Shown here piece by piece: positions 14,656 through 28,803 of a DNA stretch of 64,000 nucleotides. Origin of the DNA: the human T2T-CHM13v2.0 reference genome, Homo sapiens. The number at the start of each line of letters is the position of its first letter. Within the stretch, counting starts at the first letter, position 1. The translations under genes were made by a program, and so were the position numbers. The stretch is from the NCBI RefSeq assembly GCF_009914755.1, contig NC_060925.1. One strand, 5' to 3'. Under the pieces are notes generated by a model, which saw only the letters and a program-made list of their open reading frames with translations, had not been told where the DNA came from and made no database searches.

Positions 14656-15219
14656 CATCACTTTTAGGTGGTATGTATCTACTGATGAAGAGGAAGGCTA
14701 TAATCACAAGCTCCTTAGTGAGCAATAGGGGGAGGGTATCTGATGGCATAGAAAGGAGAATGGGGTGGCACTAGAGACCAATTTAAACCACTTCACAATT
14801 GGGCCTGACCCCAGCTTTGGTTTGAAACCGAGGGCAGGAGCAGCCAGGCAGCAACGTCTTTTCCTGTCTTCAAGCACAGGAAATCAGTTAGATTGACCTG
14901 ACATACTTGGATGATAAACAGTGGCAGGCTTTCCCAGGCAGCATTGTACTTCTTCCCCTGTTAACACCTCCCACTGTGGAAAAATCTAAACAAACTAGAA
15001 TTAACAGGAATCCAACATCTTCTTTTCTATAGCGAAAAGTTTCCTTGCCTAACTCATTTAGGAGACTTTTTGGGAAGTTAGAAAGTTGGAAAAAGAAAAG
15101 CTTCACATCAGTGCATAGCTGTTTTTAACTTCTATGTGTTGAAAAAGCATATCTGATCAAAATTTTTACCTATTATGCATTTGATATATAAATAAGTATA
15201 TAAATGCACACACAGACAC

Positions 15220-15555
15220 AGCAATGATGGTGAACAGTCTTCATACAATTATATGGATGAATCTCATAAAATGCTGAGTGAAAGAAATCAGACCAAAGAA
15301 CACATACTGAAAGATTCTCTCTATATACAAAGTTCAAAAATAGGTGGGACCAATTCATGGTGGTGTTAGAAATCAGAAGAGAGGCTACCTTTGTGGGGAG
15401 GGGACAGTTTAATGCCCAGAAGCGGTAAATAAGGAATCCTCTGGGGAGTGGTAATGATCTGGATGCTGGCTACAGGATGTGTTGGTTGTAAAAATGCATT
15501 TTTTTATATCTAGCTTTTTCCATGTGTATATTATACTTCAAAGAAGTTCAGTTAA
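15220..15555 (+). mobile_element. Old L1M 3' fragment
   Basis: GGATGAATCTCA..ATGCTGAGTGAAAGAAATCAGAC..TATACAAAGTTCAAAA resembles L1ME/MC 3' ends. Confidence 0.55.
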
Positions 15556-16227
15556 TAATTTCTCATGTCACTGTAGAGTAGCTCAGTTAGCCCCAGCAAG
15601 CCTCTGGCTTAATCTTGTTTTACCTTAAGCCATCAGTCATTTACAAGTAGGAAAATTCACAGGGAAAGTTAGAGTATAAAATCCAGAATGAAGGTTTACT
15701 GGGTAAGAGTCTCTCCATTTTCCAAAGCCCGTTTATTTCTTGATTCCAGTTCTTAAGAAGTCTCAGCATTGTGTCTTTTTCATGTATCTTACAAGAAGAC
15801 AGCATGTGCTTCTAACACCTGATACATTGTATCTACCAGCACTTGGTAAACAGAAAAGAACCACATTTTTCTTGTAGGAGAAATTTGGTGCCTATTTCCT
15901 ACCAGGCACCAATAAGTGGGACCAATAGGTGGGATTAAAGATACAGTAGAAAGTATTTAAAACTTGCCAGGGGGCAATAGTCTGAAAATAAGTAAATTGG
16001 TGCTATAGAATGGAAGTTACAGGCTTCTTTCTTTTTTCCCACAAGATCTGCTCCTTGAGCCCCTAGAGACTTTTCTGTCTGTTACTGTTTCTTCATTCCT
16101 CATCTGCAGAGCCAGCCCTGAGAAGTGCAGACCAAAGCCAGGGAAGGCTCTGCAAAGATGTACAAATGGAAGTCACCTTAATAACCTCTGACTGCTGCGC
16201 ATAATACATTTCACTCAAAAGAGGGGT

Positions 16228-17592
16228 TAAACAATGGAACAGAATACAGAGGCCAGAAATAATGCTGAACACTGACAACCATCTGATCTTTGACAAAATC
16301 CACAAAAACAAGCAATGGAGAAAGGACTCCCTATTCCATAATGGTGCTGGGATAACTGTCTAGCTATATGCAGAAGATTGAACCTGGGCCCCTTCCTTAC
16401 ATCATATACAAAAAATAACTCAAGATGGAGTAAAGACTTAAATCTAAAACCAAACACTATAAAAACCCTGGAAGATAGCCTGGGAAATACCATTCTGGAC
16501 ATAGGACCTGGCAAAGACTTCATGACAAGACACCAAAAGCAATAGCAACAAAAACCAAATTGACTAATGAAACTAATGAAACTCTTTAGTTGTACAACAG
16601 ATAGTTTATCTGTACAACAAAATAAACTATCAACAGAGTAAACAACCTACAGAATGGAAAAATTTTTTGCAAACTATGCATCTGACAAAGGTCTAATATC
16701 CAGAATCTATAAGGAATTTAAACAAATTTACAAGCAAAAAAATGACCTCATTAAAAAGTGGGCAAAGGACATGAACAGATGCTTTTCAAAATAAGACATT
16801 CACACATCCAACAACCATATGAAAAGATGTTTAACATCACTAATCATTAGAGGAATACAAATCAAAAGCATAATAAGATACCATCTAATACCAGTAGGAA
16901 TGACTACTATTAAAAAGTCAGACAATAACAGATGCTGGTGAAGGTTGTGGAGAAAAGGGAATGTTTATGCACTGCTAGTGGGAATGTAAACTAGTTCAGC
17001 CATTGTGGAAGAGAGTGTGGTGATTCCTCAAAGAATGTAAAACCGAACTGCCTTTCAATCCAGCAATCCCATTATTGGATATACACCGAAAGGAATAGAA
17101 ATTGTTTTACCGTAAAGGCGCATGCATGCATATGTTCATTACAGCACTATTTATGATAGCAAAGACATGGAGTCAGTCTAAATGCCCATCAGTGGTAGAC
17201 TAGCTAAAAAAAAAAAAAATGTGGTACATATACATCACAGAATAGTATGCAGCCATAAAAATGAACAAGATCATCATGTCCTTTGCAGCAACATGGATGT
17301 AGTTGGAGGCCATTATCCTAAGCAAATTAATGCAGGAACAGAAAGCCAAATACCACATGTTCTCATTTATAAGTGACAGCTAAATATTGAGTACACATGG
17401 ACACAAAGAAGGGAACAATAGACATGGGACCTACTTGAGAATAGAGGGTGGGAGGAGGGTGAGGATCAAAAAGTACCCATAGGACACTGTGCTTTTTACC
17501 TGGGTGATGAAATAATTTGCACACCAAACCCCTGTGACACACAATTTACCTATATAGAAAACCTGTGCATGTACCCCTGAACCTAAAAGTTA
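16228..17592 (+). mobile_element. 5'-truncated older L1 (L1PA13-16-like)
   Basis: CAATGGAACAGAATA..CCATCTGATCTTTGACAAA ORF2 end; 3'UTR GAGGGTGGGAGGAGGGTGAGGATC..GTACCCCTGAACCTAAAA. Confidence 0.85.
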
Positions 17593-18599
17593 ATGGTGGG
17601 GGGGTGGGGTTAAGCTACTTTGTGGTATAAATCTGAGCATTCATATTAAAATAAAATATTTACCTCATTAGAGTAATTAACATTTATTAAGCAAAGAGCC
17701 AAGTACCTTACACACATGATGTTTAATCTCACAATGATCTTTAATCTCATAACAACCGTCCATTGTATGTACATATGTGGAAATTGAGCCTTGGAGAGAT
17801 TAAATGCATGGGGCATACCATTTGACTAGAAACTGGAAGCATCAGGATTTAAACTCAGTTCTGAATGGTTTTGTAGGCTTTGTTTTTTCCACATTATAGC
17901 ATGGCCTGCCATGAAGAACAGGTCCTTTCTGGTGTTTGTCTTGTTTGGTTTAAGTGAAGCAAATATTTATTTAAATATTCAAGATATGCTGTTAAATTTT
18001 TACTCAAAAATTTGAGTACAGTATGGATCTTCTGAAGCCAAATAACTCTTATTCAATGCTTAGTTGAGAAATTTTATGGAGTAGTTCTCAATTTTTATGT
18101 AGTTCCACTGCAAAGGTAAGTCTTATGGAAAGATTCACTGTAATTTTTTTTCCTCATTTGGACATCAGCTTTTTCTTTTCCTCAGACCCGCTGAAAGATA
18201 ATTTTTAAAATAAAAACCTTGTTTTTATATCAAGTGGGGACATTTTTTCCAAATGAAAACCGTGTATTCATTTTATATGATAAAATCAATGTTATTATTT
18301 TTAAAATTTTGATTTAAAAATCATTAAAAATAAATTTTCAGATAATACTTGAAATTCTACCATCCAGAGATAATAGTGCTTAAAGATTTGATATATAGAC
18401 ACACACACATATATACATATATATCATCCTAAACTTCTTTGTATAAATGTATATAAAGTTTTTAATAAAAACTAGGAGATTAATGCCCTTTGAATGAAAA
18501 TAAATACAATGTGTATGCTTTAACATCTTGCCTTTACTTTATAACATTTATCACAGCAGTCATGAGATAATGATTTACATGGTCATTGTTAGTAAGCTA

Positions 18600-18815
18600 A
18601 TAGCTAAGTGCATGAACTCTGGAGCTAGCCTCCCTGGATTTTAATCCCAGATCTGTCACTGACCAGCTGAGCAATACTAGGTAAATTGCTCTTGTTCCTT
18701 AGTTTCTTCATCTGTAAAATAGAGATAAAAATAATATCCACCTCATAGGATTGGTGTGAGCATTAAATGAGCATACGTATGTAGGCCACTTAACAACAAT
18801 GCCTTCACATACTGA
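18600..18815 (+). mobile_element. MIR
   Basis: AATCCCAGATCTGTCACT..CCTTAGTTTCTTCATCTGTAAAATAGAGAT..CCTCATAGGATTG MIR core. Confidence 0.75.
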
Positions 18816-20859
18816 ACACAAATATACGAGCTGTTGTCTTATTGGGCTCATGTTTTTCCTACCACTAAGCCGCATGCATGCAAGGACCATGTTGGTTTTG
18901 TTCCACATTGCATCCCCAACCTGGTATACAGTGTGCATTCAATAGTTGTTGACTATTATTACTAGTGGCATTTAACAAATATCTGTTAAATGAGTGAAGA
19001 AATACCCATTTACTGCAAGTGTGTCTAATATTGATGGCATAATGGGGGAAACTCAAACTCTGGAGTCAAACAGGTTTTAAAACCTTATTCCCTCATCCTC
19101 AGTTATTGACTTTTTTTTTTTGGCAGGTGTGTGTGTGGGACAACTTATTGAACTTTTCTGAATTTCCAGCTTCGCATATATAAAATAGAGATAGTGATTC
19201 ATTCTTGCAATGTATGGATTTGAGACAATTGTGTAAGTTTATCAATAAATAGTAGCTATTTTTGTATAAGTATTACATATAATATCCAGGCCACTGCTTT
19301 GCATAACCCAAAAGGGGCACCATTCATGCAGAATACAACATAAATGGTGTCCCTGGAGCAGTGCAGTATAGGAACCCTGAGGGGACCTACAGTATACTTT
19401 ATAGTTCATAGATTACAAATTATCCCTTTATCAGAGTCTCTCAAGGTTGGATGTATTTGAGGTCCATAAGAGCAATTTAGGATTAACAGTAGCTGCAGAA
19501 ACCATCTGCAGTGATATTCTCATTTTAAATCCGCGGGAAAGAAGACAGCTATAAACTTGGGACCTGGGTTTAAGCATTTTAAATGCCAAGTTCACCATTT
19601 TCTAAAACACAACAAATACCCAGTGAGAGAGGGAGAAGGGAAGTAAATGCCTCTGAATAAGCAAGTTAATGTCAGTAGTTGTACTGTATGCATATTGATG
19701 AACAATAGAGGAACCAATGTCCAATCAGATGAGCAGGATATTTGGCAATAACAAGTTGCCTTTGAGGAAAAATGATTTTCTTGGCAAGTTCTTTATCAGC
19801 ATTACAAAGCTAAAAGCTACGCTTATCATCACTTATACTAGCATACCCTGTTGTGCAAATGCTGTCTGTGTTTGCATCTGCTATTGTTGATGCCTGGTGC
19901 ATGAATCAGGACTCCAGCCCACAAGTTTTCCCAGAACTTTCTTATGGCCATCATCTTTAAGTGTCTGGTGAACAGTCATAGTTTGGTACACAAAAGGGTC
20001 AACCTGGGGGATGGCTAGGGTTTGACTCAGTCGTTACATTTCAATAGAGCAGGAAGGGGAAATGGTGGCCTGTAACCTCAGGGAATTTTGCCAGATGGTC
20101 CACCCCACTCTCTCTCTCCTGCTCTGAGGAAGTGGCACAGCCTAGAACAGCACCACAGGTGAGAGAAATGCAAACCCTAACCAGAGAAGCAGACTCTTTG
20201 CCAGTAGTAATAGTTCAGGACCACCACCAGCTTTTATTAAAATTTTTAATAACACTCAAGTATTGGCAGAAAGAAATAATCTTGGGTTAACTATAACTAG
20301 AATATTGACTCTTCCTCTGTGGAAGAATCAGCCAATCACATTTGTTTACATCAGTTCCCCTGAAGAAGAAAAATACACTGATGTTGCAGCAAGACAAATT
20401 TAAGCTAGATGTAAATAACTTCCTTTAGCCTGTAATGCTAGGCTAATTACATATTGGAACTATTTTTTCAGGGAAGAATTGTGTAGGGTTTCAGGGAAGA
20501 ATTCTGAAGAAAATATAGAGCTGAAATGATCTTGCAGCTCACTGAAACTGCAGGGTTTAGATCCACACTGATACTCGTTCTATTATCACTGTAATGAAGG
20601 CTGATGGAATAAGTAAAAATGTTTTGTATTAGTATGTTTTTACACTTATTTGCAAGGCATAAATAGGTTAGGTTTTGATCTTAATTTAATTCTAACATGT
20701 ATTGTGCACAAGCTGTGAGCAGTTTTCAGGAGTTAGGTATCTGGCCATGACTGATTTTTCAGGAGTTAATCATCTGGTAGAAGGGTCATACACAATAGGA
20801 AGATCTGTGTGACAGGTTGTGATCATTACTATAATCACACAGAGAGCTGTAGAATTTTA

Positions 20860-21205
<346 letters not shown>

Positions 21206-21299
21206 TCAGTCAACTCAGTCAACTCAGTCAACTCTGCTCCCCCACAGGAGATGCCAGTGATGCATTTTCATGGCCAACATTGTCAGTCAGCATCATTGA

Positions 21300-22200
21300 A
21301 TTACTCCTGATTATAGAGACACAGCTGCAAACGATTCCCCATTAAATATGATGTTTCTTGCAATGTTTGGAAGGTACTCCTTTTTAGTAAGGGAAATCCC
21401 CTCTTCTGGCTTGCTGAAAGTTTTTTCTTTCCATTTTAAAAATCGTGAATTCCTTTTTGCAATATTGAGGTGGTTATATGGTTTCTCTTCTCTAATCTGT
21501 TGATATGGTGATTTAATGGTTAGAAATTTTCTAATGTAAATTCCACTCATATTGCAGAAATAAACCTAAACTGAGCATGAGGCTATATTTTTTATTTGCT
21601 TCTATATTTGGTTGCTATACAGTATTATGTTTAAGATTTGTTCACATATATTTGTGAATGGGATTGGACTATTTTTCCTTCTTGCCGATTTTTATCTGGT
21701 TTTTAAATTAAGGATATTTTAGACTTATGAAATATTTGGCAAACAATCCTTGGCAAGTAATTTTTTGGGGAATTTGTTTTGGCTATTTTGAGTATTACCC
21801 AATATATTTTAATTAAGTTATTCTTAATGTTTTCTTAATTAAAAAAATTACCTACTCTAGAGATATTCTTTATGTACTCCAGATTTTGTCTATTTATACC
21901 ACTTTTCTTTTTTCCTCGATGAGTGTCATAGATGTTCATCTATTTTTTTATCTTCTTTGATCTTCTCTTATTCCTTGTTTCTATTAACTTCTGAAGTTTA
22001 TTATTTTCTTTTTTCCACTTCCTTATGGTTTATTCTTTCAATTTTTCTCTAACTTCTTAAGTTGGGTGTTTAATTTTTAGCTTGCTTTGCTTTTTTAGGA
22101 TAAGCATTAAAACTACAAATTTTCCTTGTTATTCTTTTGCTGCACCCCAAATTGTTGATATTTCTATTGTCTAATTTCTATTCAATTAGAATACTTTAAA
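21300..22200 (-). mobile_element. Old L1 ORF2 fragment, antisense
   Basis: T-rich tract; the minus-strand translation (..EEKPYNHLNIAKRNSRF..) resembles degraded ORF2. Confidence 0.55.
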
Positions 22201-25200
22201 GTTTCTTTTTGGTTTTTAAAAACTAACTTTTTAAATTGACAAATAAAAATTGTGTATATTTATTGTGCACAGCATATGGCTTTGAAATATATGTACATTG
22301 TGGAATGGCTAAATTTAGCTTATTAATGTATGCATTATCTCACATACTTATCATTTTTTGTGGTGAGAGCTATGTGACTTTTGAACTTATGAGTTATTTA
22401 AATATTTTTAAATTATTAAGCATATTGGGATTTTAAGTAATTTACCTTTTTATTATTAACTTATAACAAGTAGAACAGTTAACCTGTATGATTCTACATC
22501 ATTGAAATTTATTGACATTTGCTTCATAGTCTATTATATGGTCTACTTTTGTTCATGTTACATCTGTAGTAGAATTGGCTAATAGTTGAGTAAAGTACAC
22601 ATATGTCTATGAAATCAAGTGTAATCCAGAGAAAAAGAGAAATTTACTGAATATATTGTTCTAGGTGCTATTATATGTTGTCATGTTTAATCCTCACCAC
22701 AATTGTATGAGGCAGCCATAATTAATTCCACTTTACACATGAGGAGCCTGAGGGTTAAAAAAAAAGCTAGCTCTACTATTTGTAAAGAATGAAGCAAAGA
22801 TACAAATGAAGGCCCACATATCCTATAACTAGATATTTAAGCATTTTAATTCAAGCTTTAAAACTGCTAAATAAAATGTGCTCCAATTTCTATATTGACA
22901 GACATACCTTCCTAATGAGCTGGGGTTCGAATTTAGAAATCTTTGATGCTTCAGAGTCCACACTGAAATGTGGAGGCACATAGTGAGTTGGTCCCCAGCC
23001 TTCAGTCCACCCACCTTCTCTTTACTAAATCACCTTTCACATACATGTATGAACACCCCAGCCTCCAAGTCCAAACCCTAAACAAAATGGGACACCCTTG
23101 TGCATACACAGAGACACAGCCCATCCTCAGGAAAACCTGGAAAAGTCCATACAAGTTCTGGAAGCAAGCTTGGGACGGTTTCAGTAGTGTGGTCTATAAG
23201 GGAGGCCTCAGAAGACAGGTTTTCTTAATTCTGTGAACTTCTCCCACAGTAGAAAGGGTGCTGGAGGAGGGTCAGAGTGAGGACTTCTAAAGCATGGGTC
23301 CTGAGTAGGGGCCACTCTTGCCCAAGTCTAAGAAGGGTACTAGAATAGCACACTACTACTAGATACTAGAACCCAGATACAAGCACAGGTCTTCTGAAAT
23401 TAATAATAATAATAACTATTACCATTATTATACCAGTAGCTGTCATTTATTTAGTGCTTATTATTTGCCAGTCACTGTTCTAAATTCTTTACATGTATTA
23501 TACAACTGCCATATAACTGCCATATGAGGGATGTACCCTCATTGTCACCATTTTACCGATGAGAAAACTGGCATAAAACGTTTAAGTAACTTGTCCAAGT
23601 TACAGAGCTTAGTGAAGCCACAATGTTGCTCAATTTGCTCTCAAACTTCAAAGGGATGGGAAGGACACCTAAGTCATAGAGTCTTTAAGAATCAGAGCTA
23701 GAAGGAATCTTAGATGTTATCTAGTCAGCCTCCTCCCATTACAGTCCAAGAGAAGATGGCCCTGAGTTACTTGTAGCTATTTTTGCATGTGAATTGCAAG
23801 TGAATATACATTCTACTGAAGATAAAAGATATTTAAAGATATCGCTGGATATAGGAACAGTGGTTTTAAATCTCTAGGCTTTAACTTTTCTCAGAACAAG
23901 AAATCCTTTTTGGTTTTAATCTATATGCACATCTGTATTTTTCTCAATTATCGGGTAGTAAAATATAACTTTTCTTCTGTAATATTTTTTAACTTTAATG
24001 AGTGTTCCTCATAATAGAAAAGTTTGGAAACCATTGCTATGGGTATATACTTTCTAAAGGGATAGTAATTTCTCTAGAATATTCATTTAATGCTCCAGAA
24101 GTAATTAGCACAATTGTGCAAGTCTGTGCATCATCAACTATACATTCTGCCTGTTTACTCCAAATCCACATGAAACTGATTATACAGTCAAAGGCGAGCC
24201 CAGTGGAGAGGCATTTTTGGAGACTTCCTGGTACATTGAGACAGGGTCGGCCAGTCTGCGTTAGGGTCTTGGTCAAAACTGCATTTCTGAAACTAAACTC
24301 AGATTGCTTTCTTTTAAGGGGTCAGAACTGATTCAAATCTACATTTTTAAAAGCCTTAGATGTGGGGCTTTTCCTATTCCCAGTCTCCGCTATTGGTCTT
24401 TGTGAATCCACAGGCAATTTGGCCACATCCTTGACTCTCTCTTATATTAAGAATTAAACAGCTAAGTTCATGCAGAGGAAATATAACAAAGGAGGGACTT
24501 TCCTACAAGATCTTTGAAAAATGGAACATTTGCATAAGTCATATTTAGCCAGAACTGTTGTTTTATATTTTCCTTTCTGAATACTTTGTTACACCTCCTC
24601 CCAGCCAACCCCCCCCCTCCCTGACCCCAACTAGTCAGAGACCAAAGCCTTCACAATGGTTTACACTTGAACCTTCCTGGCCCCACCCTCATCATCACGC
24701 CTGAATAATTACATTCACTGACTGGTCTCCCCTGCTTCCGTTTATCTCCACTCCTAAACCCTCTGACACCTTAATCTTCCCAGAATACCATTGTGATCCT
24801 GTTCCACTCTTGCTCAAGTTTTCCCAGAAACTAGAGTACAAACTTTATAAGCTTTAGAGTTGAAAGCCACTCTATCTCTTTTTCATCCCCAGGTCTCTGC
24901 CAAGGCAGTATAACCTGTCCAACATCTCTAACTTCAATACCTTTGTCTTAGATACTAGACTCTCCTCCTGGTTTCTAATTAAACCTGATCTAGGATCTAA
25001 TTTTGCCTCTGAATTCTGTTGCCCTTTGCCAAGTGATCTCTTCCTCCTCTGAGCCGCAGCATCTCTGAGCTTGCACACTTAGCATAGCCATAGCACACAC
25101 AGCCTTAGCTTGCAGTTCAGGGTGTTTACCTTCCCTCCCCTTCCAGATGCTGGATCCCCAGGGATAGGAACTCTGCCCTTATGTGTCCATAGCCCCTGGT

Positions 25201-26403
25201 AGTATGTCTTGCAGTCGTACATTTTCAGCAAATGTTTAATTGGTTAATTGAAGACAACTGTCCCATGCCTTAAGCCTCTCTTTTTGCTAAACATGCCTGT
25301 GTCCTTTGTCATTGAACAACTATTTTGATCTATTTTCTTCCTGACATAGGGGTCAGTTCTGAGGATGCTGAAATCAAGAGACATAGCCTATTCTCTCAAA
25401 ATTGCTTTCAAGAGTGATTTTGTTGTGAATTGAGAACTGGCTGCATACTTTTGGACTACCCACTTCAGCAAGAGTGTTTGAAACCAAATCTATTCTAAGT
25501 AATTTTTTATTCCCTTTTCTCTATGGCATTAGACACACAGCTCTTTTAAACTACCTTTCGTTATCTATTAAACAGACATTCAGTAACTCTATAGACACTG
25601 TCTAGCTATATGAACTTAGACAAACTAATATCTCTGAGCTTCAGTTTCTTAAAATTTAAAATGAGGACAATACCATCTATGGCCAGGGATTAAATGCTAT
25701 GAGGAATGTAAACCAGATGTCAGGTACCATCTCTCTAAAATCCAGATAAAATGAATTAAAAATACTGGCCGCAAACCCTCTCTAAGAGTTCTCAAAATTC
25801 TCAGAGAGCTTAATTTTCATGCTCACCATAGCACCGATTTTCTTCTAAATATTTTGTTTCTACCAAAATATTTTGTCCCAATTTTGCCTTTTATGGCTAT
25901 TTCTTCATATCCACTTTCCCAAACTAAAGAAGCAGCCCCTTCACCTTAAACTCCTCCTTCAAAGCAACCTAAATACAGGTCTGGGTTTGTATTCCTAGTG
26001 GGATGTTACAGAGGTTAGTGTGATGCAGAGGAGGAGTCATGCTGTTTAAATCCATACTAGTCCCCAGAGGCCAGGCTGCTTCTGCCACCCCTACCCCTCC
26101 CGCCACAGAGCTCTTCAGCTTCTCACATTTCTAGTTCTTCTCTCTCTACTTTCATTACCTTCTCTCTTTTTTTTTTTCTTCTCATGTGCTCACGGGAGCA
26201 GAGAAAATTAACTCCTCTAAGTTTTCTTAACACAGAGTGCCTTAATTACATATTACTATTGTTTGAGTTCCTGCCAACACTACGTCTGTAGGGTCACACC
26301 TGCTATATTAGAGGCTTATCAAAAGAAGATAGCTTTCTCCTAAAAAGGGATTTGGATGCCTACTAAGATAACTGGATGCCAAGATAAGTTTAACCTAACA
26401 AAC

Positions 26404-26404
<1 letters not shown>

Positions 26405-26437
<33 letters not shown>

Positions 26438-26720
26438 GAGATAGGTACTTATTCTGTCACCCAGACTGCAGTGCAGGGATGCAATAATAGCTCACTGCAG
26501 CCTCAAAGTCCTGAGTTCATGCAATCCTTCTGCTTCAGCTCCCTGAGTAGCTAGGACTACAGGCATATGCTACTCTGCCCAGCTACTTTTAAAAAAATAA
26601 TTAGGGATGGGGTCTTGTTGTATTGCCCAGGCTCGTCTCAAACTTCTGGTTTCAAGCAATCCTCCTGCCTTTTACCTCCCTAATTGTTGGAGTTACAGGC
26701 ATGAGCCACAGCACTCAACC
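26405..26720 (-). mobile_element. AluJ-like with (TTA)n tail
   Basis: Diverged antisense Alu dimer; tail microsatellite 26405-26437. Confidence 0.85.
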
Positions 26721-27269
26721 AAGATTTAAAAACTTTTAAAAGAAATCACATTACTTACTGTTATCATCATTATGGTTACTACCAGTGTTAAAACAATTGG
26801 TATTGAAAACACCACTACCAGATCAAGCTTCAAACCAAGATGTCAAGTAAATATTATTGTCAGACCTCTGAGCCCAAGCCTGCAGGTATACACCCAGATG
26901 GCCTGAAGCAAGTGAAGAATCACAAAAGAACTGAAAATGGCCGGTTCCTGCCTTAACTGATGACATTCCACCATTGTGATTTGTTCCTGCCCCACCTTGA
27001 CTGAGGGATTAACCTTGTGAAATTCCTTCCCCTGGCTCAGAAGCTCCCCGACTGAGTACCTTGTGACCCCCACCCCTGCCCACAAGTGAAAAACCCCCTT
27101 TGACTGTAATTTTCCACTACCCACCCAAATCCTATAAAACAGCCTCACCCCTATCTCCCTTCGCTGACTCTCTTTTCAGACTCAACCTGCCTGCACCTAG
27201 GTGATTCAAAAGCTTTATTGCTCACACAAAGCCTGTTTGGTGGTCTCTTCACACAGACCATGTGACATT

Positions 27270-27287
27270 TGGTGCCGTAACTCAGAT
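27270..27287 (+). promoter_or_regulatory. Primer binding site, tRNA-His
   Basis: TGGTGCCGTAACTCAGAT versus the His PBS TGGTGCCGTGACTCGGAT (2 mismatches). Confidence 0.88.
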
Positions 27288-28803
27288 CGGGGAACCTCCC
27301 TTGGGAGATCAGTCCCCTGTCATCCTGCTCTTTGCTCCATGAGAAAGATCCACCTATGACCTCTGGTCCTCAGACCAACCAGCCCAAGGAACATCTCACC
27401 AATTTTAAATTGGGTAAGTGGCCTCTTTTTACTCTCTTCTCCAGCCTCTCTCACTATCCCTCAACATCTTTCTCCTTTCAATCTTGGCACCACGCTTCAA
27501 TCTCTCCCTTCCCTTAATTTCAGTTCCTTTCTTTTTCTGGTAGAGACAGAGGAAACGTGTTCTATCTGTGAACCCAAAACTCCAGCACTGGTCATGGACT
27601 TGGAAAGACAGTCTTCCCTTGATGTTTAATCACTGCAGGGATGCCTGCCTGATTATTCACCCACATTTCAGAGCTGTCTGATCACTGCAGGGACGCCTGC
27701 CTGGATCCTTCACCTTAGTGGCAAGTACCACTTTGCCTGGGTGGCAAGCACCACCTCTCCTGGGGGGCAAGCACCACCTCTCCTGGGGGGCAAGTACCCC
27801 CCAACCCCTTCTCTCCATGTCTCCACCCTCTCTTCTCTGGGCTTGCCTCCTTCACTATGGGCCACCTTCCACCCTCCATTCCTCCCTTTTCTCCCTTAGC
27901 CTGTGTTCTCAAGAACTTAAAACCTCTTCAACTCACGTCTGACCTAAAACCTAAATGCCTTACTTTCTTCTGCAATACCGCTTGACCCCAATACAAACTC
28001 AACAATGGTTCCAAATAGCCTGAAAACGGCACTTTCAATTTCTCCATCCCACAAGATCTAAATAATTCTTGTCGTAAAATGGACAAATGGTCTGAGGTGC
28101 CTGACATCTGGGCATTCTTTTACACGTCGGTCCCTCCCTAGTCTCTGTTCCCAATGCAACTCATCCCAAATCCTCCTTCTTTCCCTCCTGCCTGTCCCCT
28201 CAGTCCCAACCCCAAGTGTCGCTGAGTCTTTCCAATCTTCCTTTTCTACTGACCCATCTGACCTCTCCCCTCTTCCCCAGACTGCTCCTCCTCAGGTCGC
28301 TCCCCGCCAGGCTGAATCAGGCTCCAATTCTTCCTCAGCGTCCGCTCCTCCACCCTATAATCCTTCTATCACCTCCCCTCCTCACACCTGGTCCAGCTTA
28401 CAGTTTCATTCTGTGACTAGCCCTCCCCCACCTGCCCAACAATTTCCTCTTAAAGAGGTGGCTGGAGCTAAAGGCATAGTCAAGGTTAATGCTCCTTTTT
28501 CTTTATCCAACCTCTCCCATCTCAGTTAGTATTTAGGCTTTTTTTCATCAAATATGAATACCTAGCCCACTCCATGGCTCATTTGGCAGCAACTCCTAGA
28601 CATTTTACAGCCTTGGACCCAGAGGGGCCAGAAGGTCATCTTATTCTCAATATGCATTTTATTACCCAATCCACTCCCAACATTAGAAAAAGCTCCAAAA
28701 GTTAGACTCCGGCCCTCAAACCCCACAACAGGACTTAATTAACCTTGCCTTCAAAGCGTACAATAATAGAGTAGAGGCAGCCAAGTAGCAACATATTTCT
28801 GAG

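Noticed and set aside
21206-21234. (TCAGTCAAC)x3, and TACTTAGTACTGTATA x2 at 43458-43490
   Set aside because: Short slippage duplications with no supporting context.
23848-24036. Possible hAT MITE with CAGTGGTTTTAAA / TTTGGAAACCATTG termini
   Set aside because: The termini are imperfect and there is no convincing 8-bp TSD. It is too weak to name and ordinary if real.
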